DNA of 63,599 nucleotides, counting the filler, from Octopus bimaculoides (lineage: Eukaryota), in assembly GCF_001194135.2 (NCBI RefSeq). It is 6 parts of 6 records of this genome, joined end to end, with 100 filler letters (N's around TTAATTAATTAA, not from the genome) between each part and the next. Parts side by side here need not be neighbours in the genome. Positions count along the whole stretch, not along the records: positions 51,346 to 59,807 come from NC_068983.1; positions 59,908 to 63,599 come from NC_068994.1; 4 more parts are not named here. The stretch is one strand, 5' to 3'. The notes below the pieces were generated by a model. It did no database searches, was not told the origin of the DNA, and saw nothing but the letters and a program-made list of their open reading frames with translations. Positions 52,551 to 63,599 of this stretch are shown here, piece by piece. The translations under genes were made by a program, and so were the position numbers. Position 1 is the stretch's first letter, and every line of letters begins with the position of its first letter.

Positions 52551-54194
52551 AGTGATTAAAATAAGTTATATATGAAGAGTAAATTAGAAGCTATTTCGAG
52601 TGTACAATATTCGGTGCGCCATATTTGTAAGAAAATTTAACACCAGTGGATTACTCTGATTTGAGAAACTAAGCTCATCTATCAAATCATATTTCATTCA
52701 CTATTACGTCCCTTTGAATTCTGACTTCGAATCTCCCTGGAGTTGAACTTTCCTTTCATCCCACCAGGGTTTGCCAAATATTTGTATCATTTTAATATTA
52801 TCACCTACACTCTTTATCAGGGATTGAAGATATGCGACTATATTAGAAATCTTATTTCATTCGTATTGAATCCATGTCGACAAACTGAAATGTTAGTAGT
52901 TCAAGTTTTACCATCGATACTTTGTAAACTTAGGATACTTAATTCTCAGAATCTTAATCTGCCTAACTCGAATAGCCACTGTCGGGTCATATAATTTTTA
53001 CTGTAGTCGCAGAAGCATATCGGAACTGTCACACTGAACCTCTTGACGCTCAACACTCTATGCCTGGCGGTGCAGTATGGTCTTCGATGAGGCAGAGAGA
53101 CATTGTGCACCCGGAAGAATAGATCTGTAGGCCGCACCTAATCGTTCATGATAAATGCCTTCTCGACAAAAGTCTCATCACGGCTGGGATGCACAATAAT
53201 ATCAACGATAACAACAACCAGTACCTGCAGCGCTGTACAAGTGAGATAAATGTTTATTATTAGGTCGTCATAAACAATTGGACCTTTAACAATCACGTTT
53301 TTATTTATGAACGATATTATCTAATGCATTCTTCCATTTTGAAGACTCAAAGATCTGATCTATTTGTAGCNNNNNNNNNNNNNNNNNNNNNNNNNNNNNN
53401 NNNNNNNNNNNNNNNNNNNNNNNNNNNNNNNNNNNNNNNNNNNNNNNNNNNNNNNNNNNNNNNNNNNNNNNNNNNNNNNNNNNNNNNNNNNNNNNNNNNN
53501 NNNNNNNNNNNNNNNNNNNNNNNNNNNNNNNNNNNNNNNNNNNNNNNNNNNNNNTATATATATATTTACATATATATATATATTTATATATATATATATA
53601 TATATTTATCATACCACAATATTGGTCGGACTCGATAAAATTTTGGTATTAAGAAATCTTTGGTTAGAAAGTTTAGTAGTGAATGTTTATTCGAAAAGAA
53701 CGAAAATACTGTAAAAATATGTTGAAATCGCTCAACAATCCTCATTTTTTAATATCTTTCTTCCATGAATACGTGTCGATCAACCTTTCAGTTATTCTCT
53801 TCTGTTTATTTTATATGATTCACGTGACTTCTGTTCAGATTCGTTTCTGACCAAATTATCATTTCTTTAAATAGTTGTTGTTAAATAGTCAGTTGTTTTT
53901 TGCTTTCCATGGGCATTTTATAGCATTCTAGATTCCTTCGTCTGATAGACAATTAGTCAACCAGCGGAGATTAGCATATTTCCGTGGAATGATTAAGGAA
54001 GTTGTAGTGAAAAAAAATAATCATTGATTAGATAATTTAAAATAGTAAAATGAGTACGTTGCTGGGAGACGGATGCCTTCTGCAGGAAGAATGTACAGTT
54101 AATCAGCGGCTAACAAACTTAATGTTAGTATATCTAATCAATATATGTAGAAAGTTTAGGGGTATTGAGGTGGTAGAAAGTTTAGGGGTATTTC

Positions 54195-54540
54195 GTCGAC
54201 TTTGCCTTTCATCCTTTCGGGGTCGATGAAATAAGAACCAGTTGAACACGGGGGTCGATGAAATCGATTAACCTCTCTCTCGAAATTGCTGGCCCTGTGC
54301 CAAAATTTGAAAGCAATGAATATTAGGCGGCAAGCTGGTAGGACCGTTTGCATACTGGGCAAAATGCTTAGCGGTATTTCGTCCATCGTTACGTTCTGAG
54401 TTCAGATTCCACCGAGGTCGACCTTGCCTTTCATCCTTTCGGCGTCGATAAAATAAGTACCAGTTGAACACTGGTATCGGTATAATCGATTTTACCCCAA
54501 CTCCGAAATTGCTGGCCTTCTAGCTAAATTTGAAACCAAA
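54195..54540 (+). mobile_element. Tandem SINE family A pair (5'-truncated plus full)
   Basis: Two consecutive family A bodies. Confidence 0.85.
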
Positions 54541-54638
54541 TATATCAAACCAATAAACGATAAACCCATAATGAAAAGAAAAAAAAACCCCATTAAAGTT
54601 AATGATAACTTTTGTAGAGAACCGCTGCCGACTCCAAA

Positions 54639-54639
<1 letters not shown>

Positions 54640-54713
<74 letters not shown>

Positions 54714-54760
54714 GAAGAAGAAGAAGAAGAAGAAGAAGCAGAAGACGAAGAAGAAGAAAC
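54640..54760. repeat. (AAT)n(AAG)n compound microsatellite
   Basis: Directly visible; the source of the poly-N and poly-K ORF. Confidence 0.95.
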
Positions 54761-55128
54761 AAAGGAAAGAGACTACGGAGAAAACCGTGAATTCGAAATT
54801 AACAAATAAATGGAAATATGCGGTGGTGAATGAAACTGGTAATTCTGAATATGCTTTTATCTTATTAAACCTTCTCACTATGTTAAGTATGTTAGCCCTT
54901 ATTTTACTATGTGTTCTGGAGAGTCTACAAAGCGCAAGAATCTGTATAAACCGTGTGTATTTAGTGAAGTATGCGTATGTCGGAGTACGATGGTATCGAG
55001 GTAAACAGAGACTCACATATATATGTTAGACGTAGGAAAAGGATAACTAATGGGTGCAGCGAGTACAGAACGATTGTGAATATATAAACGTATGCATGCA
55101 TGCACGCGTGCGTGCACGCATGCACACA

Positions 55129-55165
<37 letters not shown>

Positions 55166-55301
55166 ACACACATACACACACACACAGACACACACACAGA
55201 GACACACATACAAATATACATCTCTCTCTCAATATATATATATATATAGATATACACGTCCATCTATATATATATATATAGATAGATAGATAGATATACA
55301 C

Positions 55302-55375
<74 letters not shown>

Positions 55376-56180
55376 ATCTACATGCAATTGCAAACAGAAT
55401 AAACAGGAAACACATCCAGTCNNNNNNNNNNNNNNNNNNNNNNNNNNNNNNNNNNNNNNNNNNNNNNNNNNNNNNNNNNNNNNNNNNNNNNNNNNNNNNN
55501 NNNNNNNNNNNNNNNNNNNNNNNNNNNNNNNNNNNNNNNNNNNNNNNNNNNNNNNNNNNNNNNNNNNNNNNNNNNNNNNNNNNNNNNNNNNNNNNNNNNN
55601 NNNNNNNNNNNNNNNNNNNNNNNNNNNNNNNNNNNNNNNNNNNNNNNNNNNNNNNNNNNNNNNNNNNNNNNNNNNNNNNNNNNNNNNNNNNNNNNNNNNN
55701 NNNNNNNNNNNNNNNNNNNNNNNNNNNNNNNNNNNNNNNNNNNNNNNNNNNNNNNNNNNNNNNNNNNNNNNNNNNNNNNNNNNNNNNNNNNNNNNNNNNN
55801 NNNNNNNNNNNNNNNNNNNNNNNNNNNNNNNNNNNNNNNNNNNNNNNNNNNNNNNNNNNNNNNNNNNNNNNNNNNNNNNNNNNNNNNNNNNNNNNNNNNN
55901 NNNNNNNNNNNNNNNNNNNNNNNNNNNNNNNNNNNNNNNNNNNNNNNNNNNNNNNNNNNNNNNNNNNNNNNNNNNNNNNNNNNNNNNNNNNNNNNNNNNN
56001 NNNNNNNNGCACACGCGTGAGTGCACTCATATACACATACGCATATAACTGCGCGCGCACACACACACACAAACACACACACACAAACACACACACACAT
56101 ATATGTATATGTATACATGTACACACACGCACGCAAACACGCATATATATACAGATACAGTTTTACATACATATACATGC

Positions 56181-56214
<34 letters not shown>

Positions 56215-56761
56215 GTGTGCATGCACGCACGCACACACACATATATCTCACACACGCCTATATATATATATATATATACACACCCACATTAAATCACGGA
56301 ATTTGAATAATATCTGTAAAACTTCGTTGAAGACACTGAGAAAGTATTTTTGTAGCAAGTCTTCGTAAAATCTCAATAGATATGTTTGGAACTCGAGCGA
56401 TTATATATATTATATGTAATTTCAAATGGATTAAAATAAAAACCTGTCTTGTCATACCTGTTACAAAAAATGCAGGCATACATATATTTTCATCGAGTGA
56501 AAAATTTGCACCGAAATGCAACCATACATTTTTGTGACTGACAGCCAAAACTACGTATACCTAAGCTAGTCGGCTCATAGACACTGTACAAGAGATAGCA
56601 TTGTTAACTAATATTTAACTGTCGAATTTCATTTTATGTACCGTAATATTATTCGTTTCTATAGAACCTTGTTGTAAATGTTTACAACACATACACACAT
56701 ATTTACATGCGTACATACATATGCATGCATGTATGTATGTATGTATGTATGTATGTATGTA

Positions 56762-57030
56762 GTGGAGGCGCAATGGCCCAGTAGTTAGGGCAGCGGACTC
56801 GCGGTCGTAGGATCGCGGTTTCGATTCCCAGACCGGGCGTTGTGAGTGTTTATTGAGTGAAAACACCTAAAGCTTCACGAGGCTCCGGCAGGGGATGGTA
56901 TGTGTGTGTATGTTTGTGTGTCTGTGTTTGTCTCCACCAACATCACTTGACAACAACGGTTCGTCAAAAGTGACCGATAGAATAAGTACTAGGCTTACAA
57001 AGAATAAGCCCTGGGGTCGATTTGCTCCTA
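56762..57030 (+). mobile_element. Chimeric SINE: family C head fused to a family B 3' part
   Basis: 56762-56898 matches the family C head; 56899-57030 matches the post-microsatellite part of family B (gaccgatagaataagtactaggcttacaaagaataag). Confidence 0.7.
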
Positions 57031-58675
57031 GGAAAAGGCTGCCGACTTCAACTGATAGAGCACCTATGTCGTCGCAGACCTTGCAGTCAGGGCACGAAGA
57101 ACTGCGATAGAGACCACATGGCATTTCCCCCGATCCTCTTACAAATCTACCAACCCCCACCTTGCATTGGTACTTTTTATTGACCCGAAAGAATGAAAGG
57201 CAAAGGTGACCTCTGCGAAGCAAATACCGTGAGGCATTCTAACCACTAACGACTCGGCCAGTTTACACATCTAACGAATCACATGTGTTTGACTTAACCA
57301 TGTACTTCCCTCAACAGTCGTTTATCGAGGTGAGCTTCATTTTGTATGATGTCAATTTTGCAGTTGAAATTGGATAAACGACAGCTTAGTAATTGACTTA
57401 GTTTATTGTTCAAATATAAAGACTGTATAATTGACTATTGTTTCTTTAGGTAGTAGGAATGATACGAACTTCTCTGATGGCTGGAAAATCTTTCAATTGA
57501 GAGAAACATCATTGTACCTATAGTCATATTGAAAGCTGGAATAAACTTTAAAATATTCTGATGCCTGCCGGTAACTGCAGCGTAAGAGAAGAGGATAAAA
57601 GAAATATTTAAAAATATGTATTTACATACATTTTATTTTCCTATATAAAATGTGGATATATTCCAGGGAATTCACCCACTCTATTCTGCACTTCAAATGT
57701 GAAAAAAAAAAAAAAAAAAAAAAAAAAAACGAAAAAAAGAATTCAAAAGGGCTATATAATACATTTTATTCATGAAAAGACTATTTAGCATTATGCCGTG
57801 TTTTACGTGTTTTACAGACCCATTTTGCTTTAGCACATACATTATTTTTTTTATAAAATGAAAATATATTTCGAGTTCCGATTTTAATATATAAAATTCC
57901 CCTCTATTTTGCAATAAACCAATACGAAATGTTTTTTCTCACGTTTCAACACAATAGTATTGAATTTCTAAATCATCATGATTTTAAAGATACTTGCACA
58001 AAAGAGTTTCAAATTGTATATGTTTAAAATCGTTCGCCAAATGCAAAGGTTTGGTACACTTGTGCCTTATTGTTTAGATTCGATTTCAACTACGCATTTT
58101 GAAAGAAATTTGGCAACTGTAAAATGTGTGTGTGAACCTGTTAGAGGTAATGTTCCTGCTTTGGGTGGATGCCTTAATCTGTCGCCTTGTTGGACACTAC
58201 CAGACTCCTAGGTACTTTTTCGCAGTGTATACTCAGTTGCAAACTTCTAGGCCTCTTCCCTTCTTCATACAGCTCTCAAAGATCTTAAGATGAGTCATGG
58301 AGACTGTAGTGTCTTCACTCAGTCATTAAAATATTTGGCGCATTTATATGTAGAAGTGTTTTGAAAATATCAAGCCGTATTCTTGCAGCAATAAACGACA
58401 ACATTTGACAACAAACATAAAACCCATTTCACTGGTGATTTGCATAGTTCCACAAAATTGCACGTTTAAAACTAAGTGCATGGACATGTTTTTACATAAG
58501 ACGACAATCAAGAATTGAAACTAAGGCGTTTTCTATTTGACGCGGATTTATCTCTTGCTCGTTGCTTTGACACTTTCTTGTACAATTATGACTTAGTTTA
58601 GCACAAACAAAACGTCACAAAATTTGAGTGGAATGGAAATTAAATGTAGCGAGACGTTCATTCTGAGCACCAATA

Positions 58676-58721
<46 letters not shown>

Positions 58722-59750
58722 ATGCAGAAAACAAATGTACATCTGTCTGATCATTTGTATCCGTCTGGTTCGGATTATCAAAATTTATCAGGTCACAACT
58801 CTATATAAGTAAGGAAGAAACAAGTTATATATATATGTATATATATGATCCAAGAACTGACTACGTTGATCCAAGAACAAAGGTATTATAGCCACAAGTA
58901 TCCCGTCCGTCTTTCAGGATATCACGTATCAAATACTACATTATCCAATGTGCCCCTTTCTTTCCAACACGGTTGGGTATAATTTGAGAAGATGTTTAAT
59001 TCCTGCTTCGAGCCAGTCAGGTGACTATGTAGGCATTTTGTCCGAGGCTCTAACGACTCTTCGAATCCATTGCAGTCAGTTCCATATGAACTATTACTTC
59101 AAAGTTAGTTTAGCAGAACCTCAGATCTGAAAGTTTGTTTTACAGAATCTTATACGTCTAGTTCTGATCCAGTGAAACTCATTTGTCAATGACCATTTCT
59201 CCATCAAAGTTAGAACTTGCGGGTATTTCTATAGAACCTTACATTTCGTGGTGGTTAATTTCATAGACTCTAGTATCTTCTAAGTCTATCATGCATAAAT
59301 TTATACGTCATATTAGAGGTAATGAGCATCGCTATAATAACTTAGAATCAAGATCAGCGCATTAGCTCATCCGCAGATGTGATTGACACAAGCAATAGTA
59401 ACACCACCACCACCGCCGCCACCACCACCACCACCACCACTAATGGTGAAATTTTTACCAATCGACTAATGTTGTCTTTTGTAACTCATTATTTCGCGTC
59501 AGAATATGTTACTATGTATTTATTTACACAGTATTGATTGATTGACATCATAATATTTCTTGTTCAGATCTTATCATCCATACGAGTGTACTGATGTATA
59601 ACTATTTACACTTAACTTTACACGCTATTTAGATGCGTGAAGCACTGTTATATCAAGCAACACTGACGTATGTACACAGACACACTTTCACATGCATAAA
59701 TGTACGGAATGCTTCCCATAAGTAAAGCAGCATATTTCCGTGTATGCACA

Positions 59751-59807
<57 letters not shown>

Positions 59808-60325
59808 NNNNNNNNNNNNNNNNNNNNNNNNNNNNNNNNNNNNNNNNNNNNTTAATTAATTAANNNNNNNNNNNNNNNNNNNNNNNNNNNNNNNNNNNNN
59901 NNNNNNNATATATATATATATACATACCCAGAACCAAGCTAATAGTTTAAGAGTGAAATTTAGGATTTCTCGATTTTCTGTGAATCGGATTTGATGAATT
60001 TTCCCCTGCTGGTTTATGCACTATGGCAACACCATTGTTGTTTTCACTATTCTGTGTAACGTCCTTTCTTTTTTGTATTTCAGATTCTTCACTGTGTATA
60101 TTACCACATTCACTTTTGTAATATGGTGTCAAAATTTTCGTCGCTCAAAACTGCAACTTGATCATTAATAAAATTTGTGCTACATCTAAACTTATGAGCT
60201 TACATCAAACGAAAGGAATCGATTAGAGGATATCAACAAAAGTACATATAACACTGTATATAACTGCATGTATAAAACAACGTAAATAAAAATAAAGTAA
60301 TTTTATTATTCTTACACGGAAGGGA

Positions 60326-60751
60326 TGATAGGTAGGAGGTAGAATCGTTGGAACTTCGGCAAAATGCTTTAGTGCTTTTTGTTTCAGCTCTTTACATTCT
60401 AATGAGTTCAAATCCCGCTGAAGTCAACTTTTCTGTTCTTCCTTTTGGATATTAGAGTCTGACATCTCTCCCCTTACAATTGTTGGGCGCTGTGGTTAAA
60501 ACAGAAACCAATATTAATATGAAAGAAAACATTTAAGGCGGCGAGCTTGTCGTGTCGTTAGTACGCCGGGAAAAATACTTAGCGGCATCTCACCCGTCTT
60601 TACATTTTGAGTTCAAATTCCACCGAGGTCGACTTTGCCTTTCATCCTTTCGGGGTCGATGAATTAAGTACTAGTGAAACCCTTCCCCTGAACTTGTTGA
60701 CCTTGTGCTAAGATTTGAAACCAATATGAAGGATTATTATTATTATTATTT

Positions 60752-60784
<33 letters not shown>

Positions 60785-61008
60785 TTCTTGTTATGGCGGC
60801 AAGCTGGCAGAATCTTTAGAACGCCGGAGAAAATTCTTAGTGACATTTGTCCATCTGTACTTTCTGAGTTCAAATTCCACCAAGGTTGACTTTGCCTTTC
60901 ATTTTTTCGAGGTTGATGAAATAATTATTAGTTACACACTATAATTGTTCTATCACTCTTCTTCAAATTTCAGGCCTTGTGCATATAGTAGAATGGATTA
61001 TTATTATT
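60326..61008 (+). mobile_element. Tandem array of three SINE family A copies
   Basis: Heads at about 60326, 60535 and 60794; the last two end in ATT-type tails. Confidence 0.85.
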
Positions 61009-61563
61009 TGATGAAAAGGCTCAGCTTATTTTGCTGAGTATGATAGAAAGTGTCAGCTGTCCACAACCAGCGGACTAAGGTGACACTTATTTACTGGTCA
61101 TGCTTCAAGAACCCAGCGAAGAATTCTAGCAGTTCCAAGCAATGCTGAGTTTTGTAGGTGTCCTATCATTTGTACCAATCTTTTTGAGCCATGTTGATAG
61201 TTGAGCGCTGATACATCCAAGTGCGCCAGTTACTATCGGTATCACGTCTACTTTCCTCATTGACCACAACCTTCGTATTTCCTTCTTCAAATCGTCGCAC
61301 TTGTTCAGTTTTTCTTCTTCTTTCTCTTTGATCCTGTTGTTACCGGGACATGCTATGTCGATTATCATGCAAATTCTTTCTTTTTTTATTCACCACAATA
61401 ATGTCCAGTTTACGATGACTGCTCAGGTGAGCGCACTGAATCATTGCATACCACAAGATTTTGCAGTCTTCATTCTCAGTGACTTCTGGAGTTTTCTCAT
61501 ACCACATCTTTGCTCTTTGTAAGCCGTGATCTTCACAGAGCTCCCAATAGATCATTCTTGCCA
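61009..61563 (-). mobile_element. R4/Dong-like non-LTR retrotransposon 3' end (family 2)
   Basis: ARMIYWELC...WYEKTP...KILW...HRKLDIIVV; IIDIACPGNNRIKEKEEEKLNKCDDLKKEIRRLW...VIPIVTGALG; GTARILRWVLEA*; PD-(D/E)xK-type RLE region. Confidence 0.85.
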
Positions 61564-61592
61564 TTATTATTATTATTATTATTATTATTATG

Positions 61593-61952
61593 GTTCAGTA
61601 GTTTTAGTTTTATAACGTGCTTTCACTTCACTACCGAGCGCAGCTCTGTGCGCCTTGGGTATGTGCTGTGGATTGCTGTGGTGCTCTTATGTTTACTGTA
61701 TTGAAAGTGTTTTGCGTAGAATGTGTGCAGTACCCAGTAGTGCAATTTTCTGTATGTTATATATATTTGTAAGTCCTGGTGTTTTTGTTATGTATTTGTC
61801 TGAATATTTTTTTATTATACCTAAGGCACCTACTATGATAGGAATTGTTTCTGTTTCTAGATTCCACATTCGAGTTATCTCTATTTCCAGGTCTTTGTAT
61901 TTTGAAAGTTTTTCCATTTCTTTTAGAGAAACGTTGTCATCTGCTGGTATTG
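61593..61952 (-). mobile_element. R4/Dong-like element (family 1), 5' part lost in gap
   Basis: IPADDNVSLKEMEKLSKYKDLEIEITRMWNLETETIPIIVGALG...IQKIALLGTAHILRKTLSIQ*, open in the sequenced part. Confidence 0.85.
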
Positions 61953-62518
61953 NNNNNNNNNNNNNNNNNNNNNNNNNNNNNNNNNNNNNNNNNNNNNNNN
62001 NNNNNNNNNNNNNNNNNNNNNNNNNNNNNNNNNNNNNNNNNNNNNNNNNNNNNNNNNNNNNNNNNNNNNNNNNNNNNNNNNNNNNNNNNNNNNNNNNNNN
62101 NNNNNNNNNNNNNNNNNNNNNNNNNNNNNNNNNNNNNNNNNNNNNNNNNNNNNNNNNNNNNNNNNNNNNNNNNNNNNNNNNNNNNNNNNNNNNNNNNNNN
62201 NNNNNNNNNNNNNNNNNNNNNNNNNNNNNNNNNNNNNNNNNNNNNNNNNNNNNNNNNNNNNNNNNNNNNNNNNNNNNNNNNNNNNNNNNNNNNNNNNNNN
62301 NNNNNNNNNNNNNNNNNNNNNNNNNNNNNNNNNNNNNNNNNNNNNNNNNNNNNNNNNNNNNNNNNNNNNNNNNNNNNNNNNNNNNNNNNNNNNNNNNNNN
62401 NNNNNNNNNNNNNNNNNNNNNNNNNNNNNNNNNNNNNNNNNNNNNNNNNNNNNNNNNNNNNNNNNNNNNNNNNNNNNNNNGCACATGAGCCTTGCTAGGC
62501 CTTAAAAGGGCGCATAAA

Positions 62519-62576
<58 letters not shown>

Positions 62577-62647
62577 GTTGTTATTATTGTTGTTGTTGTT
62601 ATTACAGCCCTAGATATTTTAGCCTTGTAGCAAAATTTGAAAGAAAG

Positions 62648-62822
62648 AGGCGGTGAGCTAGCAGACTTGTTAAGCACGCGAGACAAAATGCTTAGCGGCG
62701 TTTCATCCGTCTTTATGCTCTTAGTTCAAACTCTACCGAGGTCGACTTTGCCTTTCATCTTTTCGGGTTCGCTACGATGTTTCAGACCTTGTGCCTATAG
62801 TAGAAAGGAGTATTATTATTAT
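62648..62822 (+). mobile_element. SINE family A
   Basis: aggcggtgagctagcag head, body and attatt tail. Confidence 0.8.
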
Positions 62823-63599
62823 TTTTTATAAAGAATTATTGTCGATGTTGTTGATGTTGTTGTCGTCGTTGTTTTTGTTGTTGTTGTCGTCAGCGCTTGT
62901 ATCATTTCACCGTTGCTATTTCTGCTGCTATGGTCATTTATGCCGCTGTTGATGTGGCGTTTGTTATCTATGTGTTTCCTCTTTTGTGATCGCCGTTGCT
63001 GTTGTGGCGATGGCTTATTGTTGTCTGTAGCCTTTCCCTATCGCTGGATCTGTGTGAGAAAAAGAAAACACACACTCACACTAACACCTATTCAAACATC
63101 ACCGCTGCACAACCACCACCATCACCACCACCACCACCACCAGAAACAACATCAACAACAACAATGACATCAACAAACTCAGACAAAACAAAATGACGTT
63201 TTAAGCTAGTTTTTATGAATGTGAGGCAAGGGCTGTCGGTCTTTTATCGCAATAGCGATATTCTTTTGCTACGACGAATGAATAGAGATCGAAGCCAGCG
63301 TTTATCAAACTTTGAACTGGGGAAACAATGAGAGGCAGTCTTATTCAGCTTTCACTGCTTTTCATCTCGGCTTATTATAACAAGTAGCGTTGCAAAGGGG
63401 AGATAACAAAAAATAGAAGAAAAAAAAATACAGAATATTAAACAACATAAGAAAAAAATATAAATATATATATACAAAAAAGAAGAAAGCGAAAAACACA
63501 TGGTCGAAAGCATAGGTATTGTGTTTATAGGCGCGTTGTAGTATTTGTGCTGGTATATGTCTGTGTGCACGTGACTGCATATTTGTATGTGTGCCTATT

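Noticed and set aside
54147-54192. 20-bp direct repeat gtagaaagtttaggggtatt
   Set aside because: Local micro-duplication with only 6 bp between copies; not a TSD of any element.
60110-60163. DQVAVLSDENFDTIL thioredoxin/PDI-like peptide on the minus strand
   Set aside because: Flanked by stops, weak splice acceptor, and no CxxC exon found.

Overview
AT-rich, gap-ridden eukaryotic scaffold window saturated with microsatellites and transposon debris. The SINE families look like those of octopus, probably an Octopus sp. draft assembly (inference from recalled repeat families, not a database search). No intact host gene can be supported; nearly all long ORFs in the track are N-run or simple-repeat artefacts. 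Recognisable content: decayed mariner fragments, a decayed Penelope-like RT, a HERO-like and three R4/Dong-like restriction-endonuclease LINE fragments, a CR1/L2-type LINE 3' end, three tRNA-derived SINE families (20+ copies), a hAT-type MITE, minisatellites and local duplications. Top observations: (1) a short repeat (3 copies) carrying a Penelope-type minimal hammerhead ribozyme, in one case preceded by a tRNA-like Pol III head and in another forming a head-to-head palindrome; (2) a LINE 3' tail shared with the commonest SINE, with a compensatory base change in a stem-loop; (3) Dong/R4-like elements all landing in (TAA)n tracts supplied by other elements; (4) a foldback element with ~200-bp arms.
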